Assembly (NCBI GenBank): GCA_951406725.2
Contig: OX597824.1
Location: 76,570,001 to 76,634,000 of the forward strand
DNA: 64,000 nt
Source of the DNA: Octopus vulgaris
Lineage: Eukaryota
Reading direction: 5' to 3'
Shown: piece after piece, positions 26,206 through 39,101 of the stretch
Numbering within the stretch: position 1 is the stretch's first letter
How the letters are laid out: every line of letters begins with the position of its first letter
The notes under the pieces: model-generated
The model's database searches: none
What the model saw: only the letters and a program-made list of their open reading frames with translations
Told to the model about the DNA's origin: nothing
Program-made: the position numbers and the translations under genes

Positions 26206-29200
26206 CAAGACCGCCACGGGAAATAGACCCAAGGTGGACACCGCCGGCAACAGTATACGCCTCACCTCCAATCATAAGCTCCTACTGAACATCAGAGGAC
26301 TGCTAACACTCAGTAATAGGACAAAAATCCCGTTCTTATGCATAGCACTTACGGAAACACACCTGAAACCGGACATAGCAGATGCGGAAATACACATACC
26401 ACAGTATGTTGTACTACGGACCGACAGAAAAGAAAGGAGTCATGGAGGAGTTGCTATGTACATCCGTGAGGACCTCACAACCCAGGTCCTTTTGTCATAC
26501 TCAAATTCGGTGTGTGACACACTAATTGTACATATAAGGCAACTTTGTGTTGTTATATGTGCTACATATCGCCCTCCAGATGCCCCAAGTCATGTAGGCA
26601 AGTTTGAAGACTGCGTTATAAAAATAGAAGTTCTAGTCACATTAGAACAACACATATGTGTACTTCTTATGGGAGACTTCAATCTACCCAATGTCAGATT
26701 GCCCGTGGGCCTTTCTCTCCCAGGAATGACACGATGTGAACGAGGACAGGCGAGGTTCCTCCTGAACCTCATCAACACTCTGTACATGGAACAAGTAATA
26801 CTCCAACCAACCAGGGCAGTTAACATACTGGATCTCTGCTTCACAAATAATATGGATCTCATCCATAATGTGAAAGTGACGCCGACACTACTCTCGGATC
26901 ACAACATGGTAGAGCTGACCAAAGGAAAGCATGGACATGCAGCCTACAAGAAACTCTCAGAATCTTTCCAGCCTGAACTTCCATAAGGCAAACTGGAAAC
27001 AAATTGAGAAAGAGATCCTCAAACAAAACTGGCCTGAATGTCTATCCTCGCCAGACATCGACATGAAACTTCAACAATTCATGTCTGTAATGCAAGCCAT
27101 ATGCTACAAATGTGTTCCAGAGAGAAAGGCCACTGTACACAAGAGCAAAATCCCCAGAGAGAGGAAAATTCTAATGAGACGGCGTACAAAATTTCAAATC
27201 GCCTAAACAAACAAATTGAAAGCAGTGAAAAGTCCCGCCTGAAAATAAAACTGTTGGAAATTGAAAAATGTCTGCAACTCTCCCATGAAAAAGAAAGAGC
27301 AGACAAAGAAGCCTGGCTATAGACAACATAAAATCTAACCCCAGAGCTTTCTACAGGTATGCCAAAGAAACAGCTACGGTGTACTGTAGGATAGGGCCAC
27401 TCCTTGAAAAGGATGGCACACTCACAGGAAATCCAATACAGGTAAGTGAAATACTAAATGAGCAATTCAAGAGTATTTTCACTCCACCCCTAGGGCATTT
27501 TCAAGTCAGCAACCCAACTGACTTCTTTACCACTGCAGATATAAAATCAGAGGCAGCGATGATTGATTACATCAATATAAAGGAAGACTATGTAATAAAG
27601 GCTATTGATGAAATAAAAACAAACTCAGCTACTGGCCCTGATGGATTCCCAGCAATCCTTCTAAAAGTATGTAAGAGAGTCCTAGCAAGACCACTGCAGT
27701 TCCTCTTTCAGAGCATCCTTGCAACGGGCAAACTTCCAAGAAAACTGAAGGAAGGTAAAATATGCCCTATTCATAAAGGAGGTAGCAGAGCGGAGGCCAA
27801 GAACTACAGACCTATCTCTCTAACCTCACACATCAGCAAGGTCATGGAACGAATAGTCAGAAGGAAACTAATCACCTTCCTTGAAGAAAATGACTTGCTG
27901 CCTGACACCCAACATGGTTTCCGACCAGGAAGAAGCTGCTTAACTCAGCTCCTACAACACTATGACTGGGTGCTGAAACGACTGCTCAACCACTCAAATG
28001 TGGAAGTCATATATCTCGACTTTACAAAGGCCTTTGATAAAGTCGATCATGGAATGATATGTCACAAACTGCGTGATCTTGGCATAGTTGGAGAATGGCT
28101 TCATGACTTTCTGAAGGATAGAAGTCAGGTGGTAGTAGCTAATGGGGCCACTTACATTAACACGCAAATAGTGAGCGGTGTCCCGCAAGGCACTGTTCTG
28201 GGACCACTACTGTTCATAATGGCCCTCTTAGACATGCCCTGAGCCACGCAGAGAGCCACGATCACAAGTTATGCAGATGATACAAAAGTTTCACAGGCAA
28301 TACAGAACCCTGAAGACACTAAGCACCTGCAATGTGAGCTGGACAAAATATACAAGTGGGCTGAAAAGAATAGCATGCAGTTCAATGCTGAAAAGTTTCA
28401 AGCTTTATACTATCAGCATGCAAAACTAAATGCAATACCCAATAAATACACTGGACCTGGAGGGATTGCAATCCCAGAGGCACAATCAGTGAGAGACCTG
28501 GGTATTTACATGAGTGATGATGCAACCTTTCATGTGCATGTTGCTAAATTGGCAATGAAATGTAGGCGGCTGACCGGATGGATTCTTAGAACCTTTAGAA
28601 CAAGAGACCAAGAAACCATGATGGTCCTCTGGAGGACACTTGTCCTAAGCCACTTTGACTATTGCTCTCAGCTATGGTCACCATCCAGTGTCAAGTTAAT
28701 CACAGAACTTGAGGCGATCCAACGAAGCTACACGAAGAAGATAGCCTCTGTGCAGCATATAAGCTATTGGGAAAGACTCAAGAGATTGAGACTCTATTCC
28801 TTAGAGCGTAGGCGAGAAAGATATGCCATAATATACATCTGGAAGATCCTAGAAGGACTTGTCCCAAACTTTGGCATCGAGAGTTACACAAATGCCAGAA
28901 CTGGGCGCCACTGCATAGTGCCAAGGACTCCAAATTTGCCATCAAGATGTAGGACAAGATACTGTGATAGCCTGGGCTTCAGAGGCCCAGAGCTCTTCAA
29001 TATCCTCCCGAAGAACCTAAGAGACCTGCATGGGGTGGATGCAGATGTCTTTAAAATAAAACTGGATCTCTTCTTGTCAGGTGTCCCAGATGAACCAACT
29101 TCACGGCAGGAGGTACAGATGAGGGCAGCTGCATCGAACTCTCTCATGCACCAAATGGCAATTGCTAAAAAGCATTCGTGAAGTAAAATCATGTAGCAAC

Positions 29201-29270
29201 ACCAAATGGCGGTGCCCCAGCATGGCCACAGCTTGTGAGCTGAAACTAAATAAAATAAAAAATAAATAAA
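26206..29270 (+). mobile_element. Decayed LINE of the CR1/L2 group: ORF2 with APE endonuclease and reverse transcriptase, 3' UTR and A-rich tail
   Basis: APE motifs NIRGL, ALTETHL, GGVAMY, YRPP, MGDFNLP, SDH; RT motifs NYRPISLTS, QHGFR.GRSC, YLDFTKAFDKVDH, SGVPQGTVLGPLLF, YADDTK. Frameshifts and a premature TGA at 28240-28242. Candidate TSD TATACA at 26200-26205 and 29271-29276. Confidence 0.95.
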
Positions 29271-29445
29271 TATACAGGGCGAAATACTTAACGGTATTAC
29301 ATCTGTCAAATTCCGCCGAGGTCGACTTTGCCTTTCATCCTTTTGGGTTCGATAAATTAAGTACCAGTTGTGTAATGGGGTCGACCTAATCGACTGGCTT
29401 CCTCCCTAAAAATCTCGTGTCTTGTGCCTAGAGTAGAAAAGAATG
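29271..29445 (+). mobile_element. Right part of the interrupted SINE A (tail type 2)
   Basis: Core GTCGACTTTGCCTTTCATCC and tail CTTGTGCCTAGAGTAGAAAAGAA. Confidence 0.8.
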
Positions 29446-29883
29446 ACAGTTGGAGCTCTTGGCTTTGCGAGTAAATGCCTAACCGTCCGTCTGGATAAGC
29501 TTGGACTTTCAGAAAAAGAAATCAACCAACAGAATCGCACACTGCAAATTCAAACTGTAAGCGGAACCGTAGAACTATGCAAGACTTTTCTCAAGTTTAG
29601 AATGTGACTTATTGTTTGCCATCTACATTCCAAAGATGGAGCTCTGTATCTTTGAAACCAGCTCCTTCTCGACAGTAAGAATTCAAATGATTAAATACAG
29701 AAGAGATATACAAATCTGCACACATACATACATACATACATACATACATACATACATACATACATACATACATACATACATACATACATACATACATACA
29801 TACATACATGCATACATACATACATGCTTGCATGCATACATACATACATAAATACATATATACATATGTATTGTATGTGTGTA

Positions 29884-29925
<42 letters not shown>

Positions 29926-30169
29926 TACACACACACAGTTGAAACACTCCTGTCACAACCTGGGACCTTGAAGACTGCTTTAATGCAAGAACGTATTCTA
30001 GTCCCTTAATATTTGATATTCAATATTTTATCTATTCAATAAGGTAATCAATACTTCATTTCATTTTACTATATATACTATTTATACTATATATTCTATA
30101 TTCTACATTAATATTATAAAGAATATAAATAAAACATAAAAAGAACCAGACAGTGTAGGAATTCCTTTG

Positions 30170-30242
<73 letters not shown>

Positions 30243-30531
30243 AAAAAACTTGTAAGACAATATCTGGACTTAACAGACAGGCTAGTTCACAAAAAACTTT
30301 GCTTGAGAATCACAAACTAAAGGGCAAAGATTTAGAAGAAATTTGAATAACATCTGTCACTTGAGTTTTAGACCCTGTCAGTCAACAGCTGGTCTTCAAA
30401 GTCATCTAAGGGTTCATCTATGGAGTGATTGTGCTGCGTGATGGGTGCGGTATGTGTGTTGGTGGGACGACTATCATCTGTCAAAATGAAGCAAACATCA
30501 TCTATATATATATACATATATATATATGATG

Positions 30532-30597
<66 letters not shown>

Positions 30598-30635
30598 AAA
30601 TATACATATATACCTATATACATACATATATATAC

Positions 30636-30671
<36 letters not shown>

Positions 30672-30727
30672 ATAAATACATACATACATATATATATATA
30701 TAGAGAGAGAGAGATAGAGAGATAGAG

Positions 30728-30771
<44 letters not shown>

Positions 30772-30787
30772 TTATATATATATATAG

Positions 30788-31023
30788 TCTTTTTTACTTG
30801 TCTCAGTAAGTTCGGCCATGCTTGACCATCACGCCTTGAATGCTTTTAGACGAACAAATCGACCCCAGGAAGTTTTTAAAACCTAGTACTTATTCTATCG
30901 GTCTGATTTGCCGAACCGCTAGGTTACGGTGACGTAAAGAAACTAACATCTGTTGTCAAATGGTGATGGGAGGTGTAGGACTATGATACATGCATAGATA
31001 TATACATGTACATAATACATACA

Positions 31024-31057
<34 letters not shown>

Positions 31058-32178
31058 CATACATAATTATATACATATATATACACTAAGCACCTGCAAT
31101 GTGAGCTGGACAAAATATACAAGTGGGCTGAAAAGAATAGCATGCAGTTCAATGCTGAAAAGTTTCAAGCTTTATGCTATCAGCATGCAAAACTAAATGC
31201 AATACCCAATAAATACACTGGACCTGGAGGGATTGCAATCCCAGAGGCACAATCAGTGCGAGACCTGGGTATTTACATGAGTGATGATGCAACCTTTCAT
31301 GTGCATGTTGCTAAATTGGCAATGAAATGTAGGCGGCTGACCGGATGGATTCTTAGAACCTTTAGAACAAGAGACCAAGAAACCATGATGGTCCTCTGGA
31401 GGACACTTGTCCTAAGCCACTTTGACTATTGCTCTCAGCTATGGTCACCATCCAGTGTCAAGTTAATCACAGAACTTGAGGCGATCCAACGAAGCTACAC
31501 GAAGAAGATAGCCTCTGTGCAGCATATAAGCTACTGGGAAAGACTCACGAGATTAAGACTGTATTCCTTAGAACGTAGGCGAGAAAGATATGCCATAATA
31601 TACATCTGGAAGATCCTAGAAGGACTTGTCCCAAACTTTGGCATCGAGAGTTACACAAATGCCAGAATTGGGCACCACTACTTAGTGCCAAGGACTCCAA
31701 ATTTGCCATCAAGATGTAGGACAAGATACTTACTGTGATAGCCTGGGCTTCAGAGGCCCAGAGCTCTTCAATATCCTCCCGAAGAACCTGAGAGAACTGT
31801 ATGGGGTGGATGCAGATGTCTTTAAAATAAAACTGGATCTCTTCTTGTCAGGTGTCCCAGATGAACCAACTTCACGGCAGGAGGTGCAGATGAGGGCAGC
31901 TGCATCGAACTATCTCATGCACCAAATGGCAATTGCTAAAAAGCATTCGTGAAGTAAAATCATGTAGCAACACCATGGCCACAGCTCGTGAGCTGAAACT
32001 AGATAAAGATAAAGATAAAGAAGATATATATGACAGGCTTCTTTCACCTTCTTTCCGCCAAACCTTTGGTCGGTCCTAGGCTATAGTAGAAGACAGATGC
32101 CGAAGGTGCCGTGTAGTGGGACTGAACCTGGAACCATGTTGTTGAGAAAGAGGCTTCTTACACAGCCACGTTTGTGCC
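30788..32178 (-). mobile_element. SINE B split into two halves (30788-30975 and 32030-32178) by a LINE insertion in its internal microsatellite
   Basis: The 3' half lies left and the 5' half right of the LINE copy, collinear on the minus strand. Confidence 0.7.
31083..32022 (+). mobile_element. 5'-truncated second copy of the same LINE
   Basis: Near-identical to 28316-29250; a small insertion near 31731 shifts the frame; (GATAAA)n tail. Confidence 0.95.
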
Positions 32179-32280
32179 TAAAATCTGTTGCCCTTAGCCG
32201 GCTACGAGACTCAAACCCTCAGATACAAGCTGAGTGCTCTAAACATAAAACTAAATGGGCCCACTCTTCCTCTCCCTCTC

Positions 32281-32321
<41 letters not shown>

Positions 32322-32492
32322 AGAGAGAGGGAGAGAGAGAGTGTGTGCCCGACTCAACATATGAGTTCCAGAGATTCTCAATACAGAAAACCCTAAACCT
32401 CACACGATTAGAACTTACATTCCGAAACCTTTACCGAGAACCAACTCTGCGGGGTAAAGACTCAACTATTCAAATAAACATAAGAAATATCG

Positions 32493-32705
32493 GTTTCAAA
32501 TTTTAGCACATGGCCAACAGTTCTGAAGGAAGGGCTAACCGATTACATCGGCCGCCACTGCGCGACTGATACTTATTATATCGATCCAGAAATGATGACA
32601 AGTAAAGTTGACCTTGGTGGAATTTGAACTCAGAACATAAAGACGGACAAAATGCCGATAAACATTTCGCCCGGCATGCTAACAATTCTGCCTGCGCGCC
32701 GCCTT
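32493..32705 (-). mobile_element. SINE A, degraded, with a 15-bp TSD
   Basis: ACATAAGAAATATCG at 32478-32492 and 32711-32725. Confidence 0.8.
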
Positions 32706-32724
32706 ATTTTACATAAGAAATATC

Positions 32725-33045
32725 GATGAAGAAAAACGTCGCCCTTTTCAAGCCTAGCCAGGCTCATGGGCCCGTTTTCCCGGTTTCTGTGGCGTATGTG
32801 TTACCCCAGCTGGACTGAATGCCAGTCCATCGCAACGTTACTCAAGAAACAGGAAGAGAGAGAGAGTGAGAGAAAGTCGTGGCGAAAGAGTAGAACAGGC
32901 GTCGCCACCCACCCTCCTGCTGAAGCCTCGTGGGAGCTTTTAGGTATTTTCGCTCAATAAACACACACTGGGAATCGAAACCGCGTTCCTCCGACCGCGA
33001 GTCCGCTGCCCGAACCACTGGGTCACTGGGCCATTGCGCCTCCAC
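32725..33045 (-). mobile_element. SINE C with C3 tail (V/Meta-domain-like motif)
   Basis: Head shared with 25217-25596; minus-strand GCGATGGACTGGCATTCAGTCCAG...GAAACCGGGAAA; TSD TAAGAAATATC. Confidence 0.8.
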
Positions 33046-33439
33046 TAAGAAATATCAGAACATGCTAAACTTAGTCTCAATGTTGGCAGACAAGTAGCTT
33101 ATGAGTGAATCTTGGTTAATGTATGGCAGAAACAATTAAGTGGCAGATGTCCGAAATTAATATGATAGTGGACCAACAGGTAGGACAGAATTTTGGCATT
33201 GCGATAGGTCAATGCACTGGCTTTCAAGTCAAATCGTACAGCTTAGAAAATGAAGAAAGATGGTATAATTCATGACACAAAACAGAATTTTGTGTGCTTG
33301 CCAGACCTACTTCAATTCCAACCATTCTGTATGACTGACCTGCTCCTTATCCAGTTTGTCGGTGTGTAATCTGAATTAATATATCTATCTACGTATATAT
33401 ATATATATATATATATATATGTTTTATTTATTAATTTAT

Positions 33440-34233
33440 TATATGACGGAACGCACGCATCCATTTCTAAGTAAGATCGTTCTTAATATTAATAATGATG
33501 CGCACTCTTAACCTTTCTCTCCCCCTCCCTTTCTCAGCCTTCATTCTTTTCGCTTTCCTTTTCTTCTACCTTACTGTAACTCCCTCTCTCTCATTCTTCA
33601 TTCTTTTCTCTACAACCATTCCCTGTTTTTCTCTCCCTTTCTCTTACTCCTCCTCCTCCCTCCCGTCGCGGTCACGTGATGAGATGGCTACCACTGTCTT
33701 TCTTCTGGCTTCCTTCAAGTAGAGACGGTAAAATCTGTTGCTCCCTGCCGTTCTCAAAAAATAGCGTTCGTAAATTTTTTTTATCTCGTTTGGCTTAACA
33801 GCCCTTCTTGTTTGTGTTGCTGTTATTCTCCGTGTCCTGTCTTTTACTGTTTATATTTTGTACTGTCGTTAATGTCCTGTTTTTGTTACCATTTTTACCC
33901 CACCGCAAAAAAATCTCAAATTTTATTTAATTTGATTTTCGCGGGAAGGAAAGTTTTATTGAAGTCATGTATCGCCTTGACCTTCGAAACGTGGAGTAGA
34001 TGAAACTAAGGTGACTGAAGAAGGGGAATTTTCCTTGTTTTGTATGTCATGTACCCTATTTTTTCGTTGTTTAAAAGAAATGTCCATTTCCTTGGTTTTG
34101 TGTTTATGTTTTCGTTTCTCATTGTGTTCGACGTGTTTTTGGTGTCCTGTACCCATATATGCATGTATATATGCATGTAGAGGTAGGTAGTACATATATG
34201 TATGTATATATGCATATGTTTTATTTATTAATT

Positions 34234-34240
<7 letters not shown>
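33440..34240. mobile_element. Longer copy of the repeat at 1585-1940 (probable Penelope-like terminus)
   Basis: Sequence similarity to 1585-1940; flanked by (TA)n. Confidence 0.55.
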
Positions 34241-34290
<50 letters not shown>

Positions 34291-34297
34291 ATATACA

Positions 34298-34513
34298 GGG
34301 CGGTGAGCTGGCAAAAATGGTAGCACGCCGGGCGAAATGTTTAGCGATATTTCGTCTGCCGTTACGTTCTGAGTTCAAATTCCGCCGAGGTCGACTTTGC
34401 CTTTCATCCTTTCGGGGTCGATTAAATAGGTACTAGTTACGCATTGATCCAATCCCTTTGGCTGTCCTTGTTTGTTCCCTTTATGTTTAGCCCCCTGTGG
34501 GCAATAAAGAAAT
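34298..34513 (+). mobile_element. SINE A monomer (tail 1)
   Basis: Similarity to 14871-15102. Confidence 0.88.
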
Positions 34514-35430
34514 AAATATATATGAATCTCTTTGACACACACACGCACACACGTAGTATTGAAGTGTTGATAGTTTCATGCCGTGGAAACACAATAGTTC
34601 GAAAAATTTATATAACGAACCTTGTGTCTTTTAGCAATCCTTCTGGCTCAATGCTCATGGGTGATTTTATTTGAAAAATAAGATACTGGTCCATGACAAA
34701 ACACGAGGAAAAAAAATAACGTATGAATTAAAATTGAAAAAATAAGAAAGGAAAACGAAGAAACCCAAGTGGAGAGGCAACACCATGATGTCATCGCTTT
34801 TATATAGTGAATGGAGTACATTCTTTTTGTTCATCCTACCTATAACAGGACAGTGAAATCTCTCTCCCTCTCTCTGTTTCTATTTTTCTCTGTTTCTATT
34901 TTTCTTTCCCTCTCTTTCTCGCTCGCTTTCTACCCACCCCATTCACTCTGTATACAGGCTAGTGAGACGTTGAAAAGTACTATAATTTGTTGTTTAAGAA
35001 AATCATTACAACACAACTTCATTTTGTATACGAATAAAACCTAAAGCGAAGACCAAATAAAGCGTGCGTGTGTGCTTAATTGCAACCCCCTTAAACAAAA
35101 ACAACAAAAACAAAATGTTCATCCCCAAGTAGAACAATATCTTTCTCGGCGCACGTTTTCACATCAAGAATCTTGTGAAGAAAATACATAAACTTATATG
35201 AAAATAGTTTTCTTTTTATCAGATAAATAAAAATATGAAGAACGATTCAAAACGCTCTTGGAGCCTTTGCAGTATTTATTTACTTGCATTATAATTTTGA
35301 CTGTTTCTCCCCCCTCTCCCTCTCTCTTTCAATCAGTTTCTACATCTGTTTCAACAGACATAGACAAAGAATCATATAATTACATAATTAATATGCCTAT
35401 CCATATCGTCAGGAGAAAAAATTGAAATAT

Positions 35431-35592
35431 AGGCGTAGGAGTGGCTGTGTGGTAAGTAGCTTGCTTACCAACCACATGGTTTCAGGTTCAATCCCACTGC
35501 ATGGAACCTTGGGCAAGTGTCTTCTACTATATCCTCGGGCCGACCAAAGCCTTGTGAGTGGATTTGGTAGACGGAAGCTGAAAGAAGCCCGT

Positions 35593-35666
<74 letters not shown>

Positions 35667-35892
35667 TATATATGTATATGTGTGTGTGTGTGTGTGTTTG
35701 TGTCTGTGTGTCTGTGTGTGTATGTTTGTGTGACTGTGTTTGTCCTCCCTACATTGCTGGAGTGTTTACATTCCCGTAACTTAGCGGTTCGGCAAAAGAG
35801 ATAGAATAAGTACCAGGCTTACAAAAAAAATAAGGCCTGAAGTCGATTTGTTCGTCTAAAGGTGGTGCTCATGACTGAAACAAGTAGAAGAG
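35431..35892 (+). mobile_element. SINE B
   Basis: Similarity to 6198-6619. Confidence 0.88.
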
Positions 35893-35943
35893 TATCGAAT
35901 CAGAATATATTTAGTTAGGTTTAAAAAATATTGCATACATATG

Positions 35944-35985
<42 letters not shown>

Positions 35986-36407
35986 TACAGTTGTTGTGCA
36001 TCTGCATGTGTGCAAGTGTGTAAACTTCACTTCGATCTCGGTTTGGAAAATCACTACACTGTCGGAGGTACGAAGAAGCTGTTGCCATCAACGTTGTTAA
36101 CAACTCCAGCGATCCACATTTCCAATACAGAGCGAATTACAACACACAGCAAGCAATTCACTCATAACTTACATATTTGCAAGCTGGCTGCTTGCTGTTA
36201 TAACATGACGTTACATTGCCTTCCACTTAATGAGGTCGAAACATGCTGAGTAGACATTCCCTGTATCCATTGAACCATTCATTCTTCGATGGGAATAAGA
36301 ACACACACACACACACACACACACACACCACACACATACACACATATTTATATATGTATGTGTATGTATGTGTATGTATGTGTACGCATGTAGATATGTA
36401 TGTATAC

Positions 36408-36444
<37 letters not shown>

Positions 36445-36544
36445 CATATATATATATTTATACATATATATATACATATATATATACATATATATATATA
36501 TTAATACATATATATATATAAATATATATATATATACTCTCACA

Positions 36545-36578
<34 letters not shown>

Positions 36579-36586
36579 CTCACACA

Positions 36587-36631
<45 letters not shown>

Positions 36632-37213
36632 ATATGTAGTATGTGTTTTACAGTACTTTGCACTGATGGCATGGTTGTTGTTGCACTTAGATGCACATGA
36701 TTCTCTAAATGTCAAGGTTCGACGTTCACTCGCTGCTAACTTTGCGGTTTGCACGTATTCTATTCTCTTCTATATTTTGTTTTATTTTATTTGTTTGTTT
36801 TGGGGTTCTTTCGTCTTTCAACAAAGATCAAGAACAAACATTTGCGTTTATCGTTTGAGTTTTCATGCGTGTCTTTTGTTTTCTTGTGAATGGTTTTTTT
36901 TTATTATTTTGGTGTCATTTTGTCATTTCTCTGTCAGTGTGTGTGTTTGTGTCTTTTAGTGTGTGTTTGTGCGTGTGTGTGTGTTTGTTATCTATGTGTG
37001 TAGGTAAAGTGTATTTGTATTTGTTTGTGGGTTGATTTCATGTTGAAGGTTACTATTCCGTCACGCACACAACGATATCAGAAAGTTGAATATATAGAAC
37101 CGTCAACGACAAAGCTGACAGGAGCTACAAAGTGATGTATGTACGTACGTATGCATGCATATAGGTATGTATGTATGGATACCTATATATACATACACAC
37201 ACACACACACATA

Positions 37214-37439
37214 TATTTCTTTACTACCCACAAGGGGCTAAACACAGAGAGGACAAACAAGGACAGTCAAAAGGATTAAGTCGATTACATCGACCCCAGT
37301 GCGTAACTGGTACTTAATTTATCGACCCCGAAAGGATGAAAGGCGAAGTCGACCTCGGCGGAATTTGAACTTGGAACGTAACGACAGACGAAATATGGCT
37401 ACGCATTTCGCCCGGCGTGCTAACGTTTCTGCCAGCTCG

Positions 37440-37442
<3 letters not shown>
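37214..37442 (-). mobile_element. SINE A monomer (tail 1)
   Basis: Reverse complement of the 14871-15102 type. Confidence 0.9.
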
Positions 37443-37499
<57 letters not shown>

Positions 37500-37644
37500 T
37501 GGCATCTTTTATATAAGCTTAAAGCTTATAGCGATCACCGTGCAATGACTAAGGAAAATAGCCTAATAACGGAGCTTATAAGCCCTCGGCAGAAAAAAAA
37601 AGGCTTTCCTATCCGCATAGGAAAGCCTTCTTTTTTCCTGTCAA

Positions 37645-38188
37645 AGCTATGCTTTGTGTTTGGTGGGATGATAAAAGCATTATTTATTATGAACTCCTCC
37701 CACAAAACCAGACCATTAATTCTGATTTGTACTGTCGTCAGCTGGCTAATTTGAACCAAAAATCAAAGGATTGAGGTCGGAGATTGCCAACAGGAATGGA
37801 ATCGTATTCGAACAGGACAATGCCCAACCACATGTGCCTTTGGTTACCCGAAAAAAGTTACATTAATTTGGTTGGAATCTCTTACACCATTCACCATATT
37901 CTCCTGATATTGTGCCGTCCGACTACCATTTCTTTTTGTCGCTACGGAACTCATTGCAAAGAAAAACATTCAACGACTCGGATGGAGTCAAAATGCATCT
38001 AGATAACTTTTTCTCTTCATAACCAGTCAAATTTTATGGTGATTGAATATTTAAATTGCCTGATAGATGGGCAAATGTCATTAATAATAATGGAAATTAT
38101 TTTATTGTATAAAATTTATTGAAAGATCAATTATTTATATCAGTTTTTGCAAATCAAAAATGCTCAGAATGTTTCGGACGAACTAATA
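37645..38188 (+). mobile_element. mariner (DD34D) transposase 3' fragment with right TIR remnant
   Basis: MLCVWWD...IYYELL...TINSDLYCRQL, QDNAQPH and HSPYSPDIVPSDYHFFLSL motifs across frameshifts; ends ...GAACTAA-TA. Confidence 0.9.
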
Positions 38189-38297
38189 CATACACACACG
38201 CACACACACACACACACACACACATGTATATATATGTGTGGATATTTATATAAATAAATAAACAAATATATATATATATATATATTGTACGTATGTG

Positions 38298-38366
<69 letters not shown>

Positions 38367-38611
38367 ATATACTTGCATACGTACGTGTGTATGTGGTGTA
38401 GGTATGCAAATACTTTGACATTGCCTCCGGTCAACTTATTACAGGATTGCTCACTATATCTCCTGTGTATAGAGCAGCGATGGCATCTCGAATTATTAAC
38501 GAAAAGGAACTAATTAGCGCTCACAAAAATAGATTCATAATTTCTTCCTAATTACATACTATTACATACTAACCCTTGAAATCCCGATATATATATATAT
38601 ATATATATATA

Positions 38612-39005
38612 CTCTTTTATTCTTTTATTCTTTTCCATTCATTTAACTGTGGCCATGCTGGAGCACCACCTTTAGTTGAACAAATCAACCCCAGAACTTA
38701 TTCTTTGTAAGCTTAGTACTTATTCTATATGGGTCTTTTTGCTGAACTGGGAATGTAAACATACCAACATCGGTTGTCAAGCGATGGTGGAGTACAAACA
38801 CAGGCACGCAAAACACACACACACACACACACACACATATTTATAGATATATATAAGACATGCTTCTTTCAGTTTCCGTCTACTAAATCCAGTCACAAGG
38901 CTTTGGTCGGCCCGAGACTATAGAAGATGCTTGCCCAAGGTGCCATGCAGTGGAACTGAACCCGGAACTATGTGATTGGTAGGAAAGCTACCTACCACAC
39001 AAGCT
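38612..39005 (-). mobile_element. SINE B
   Basis: Similarity to 6198-6619. Confidence 0.85.
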
Positions 39006-39101
39006 ACATTGAAATATGCTCTTTCAAGTAATAAGATTATTATTATTTTTGAGTGAGATAGCAGTGCATGTCATGAAAATGACACTGGGGTATTATTATT
39101 A

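Noticed and set aside
36226-36252. CTTAATGAGGTCGAAACATGC as a hammerhead
   Set aside because: The core and stem II are too degenerate.
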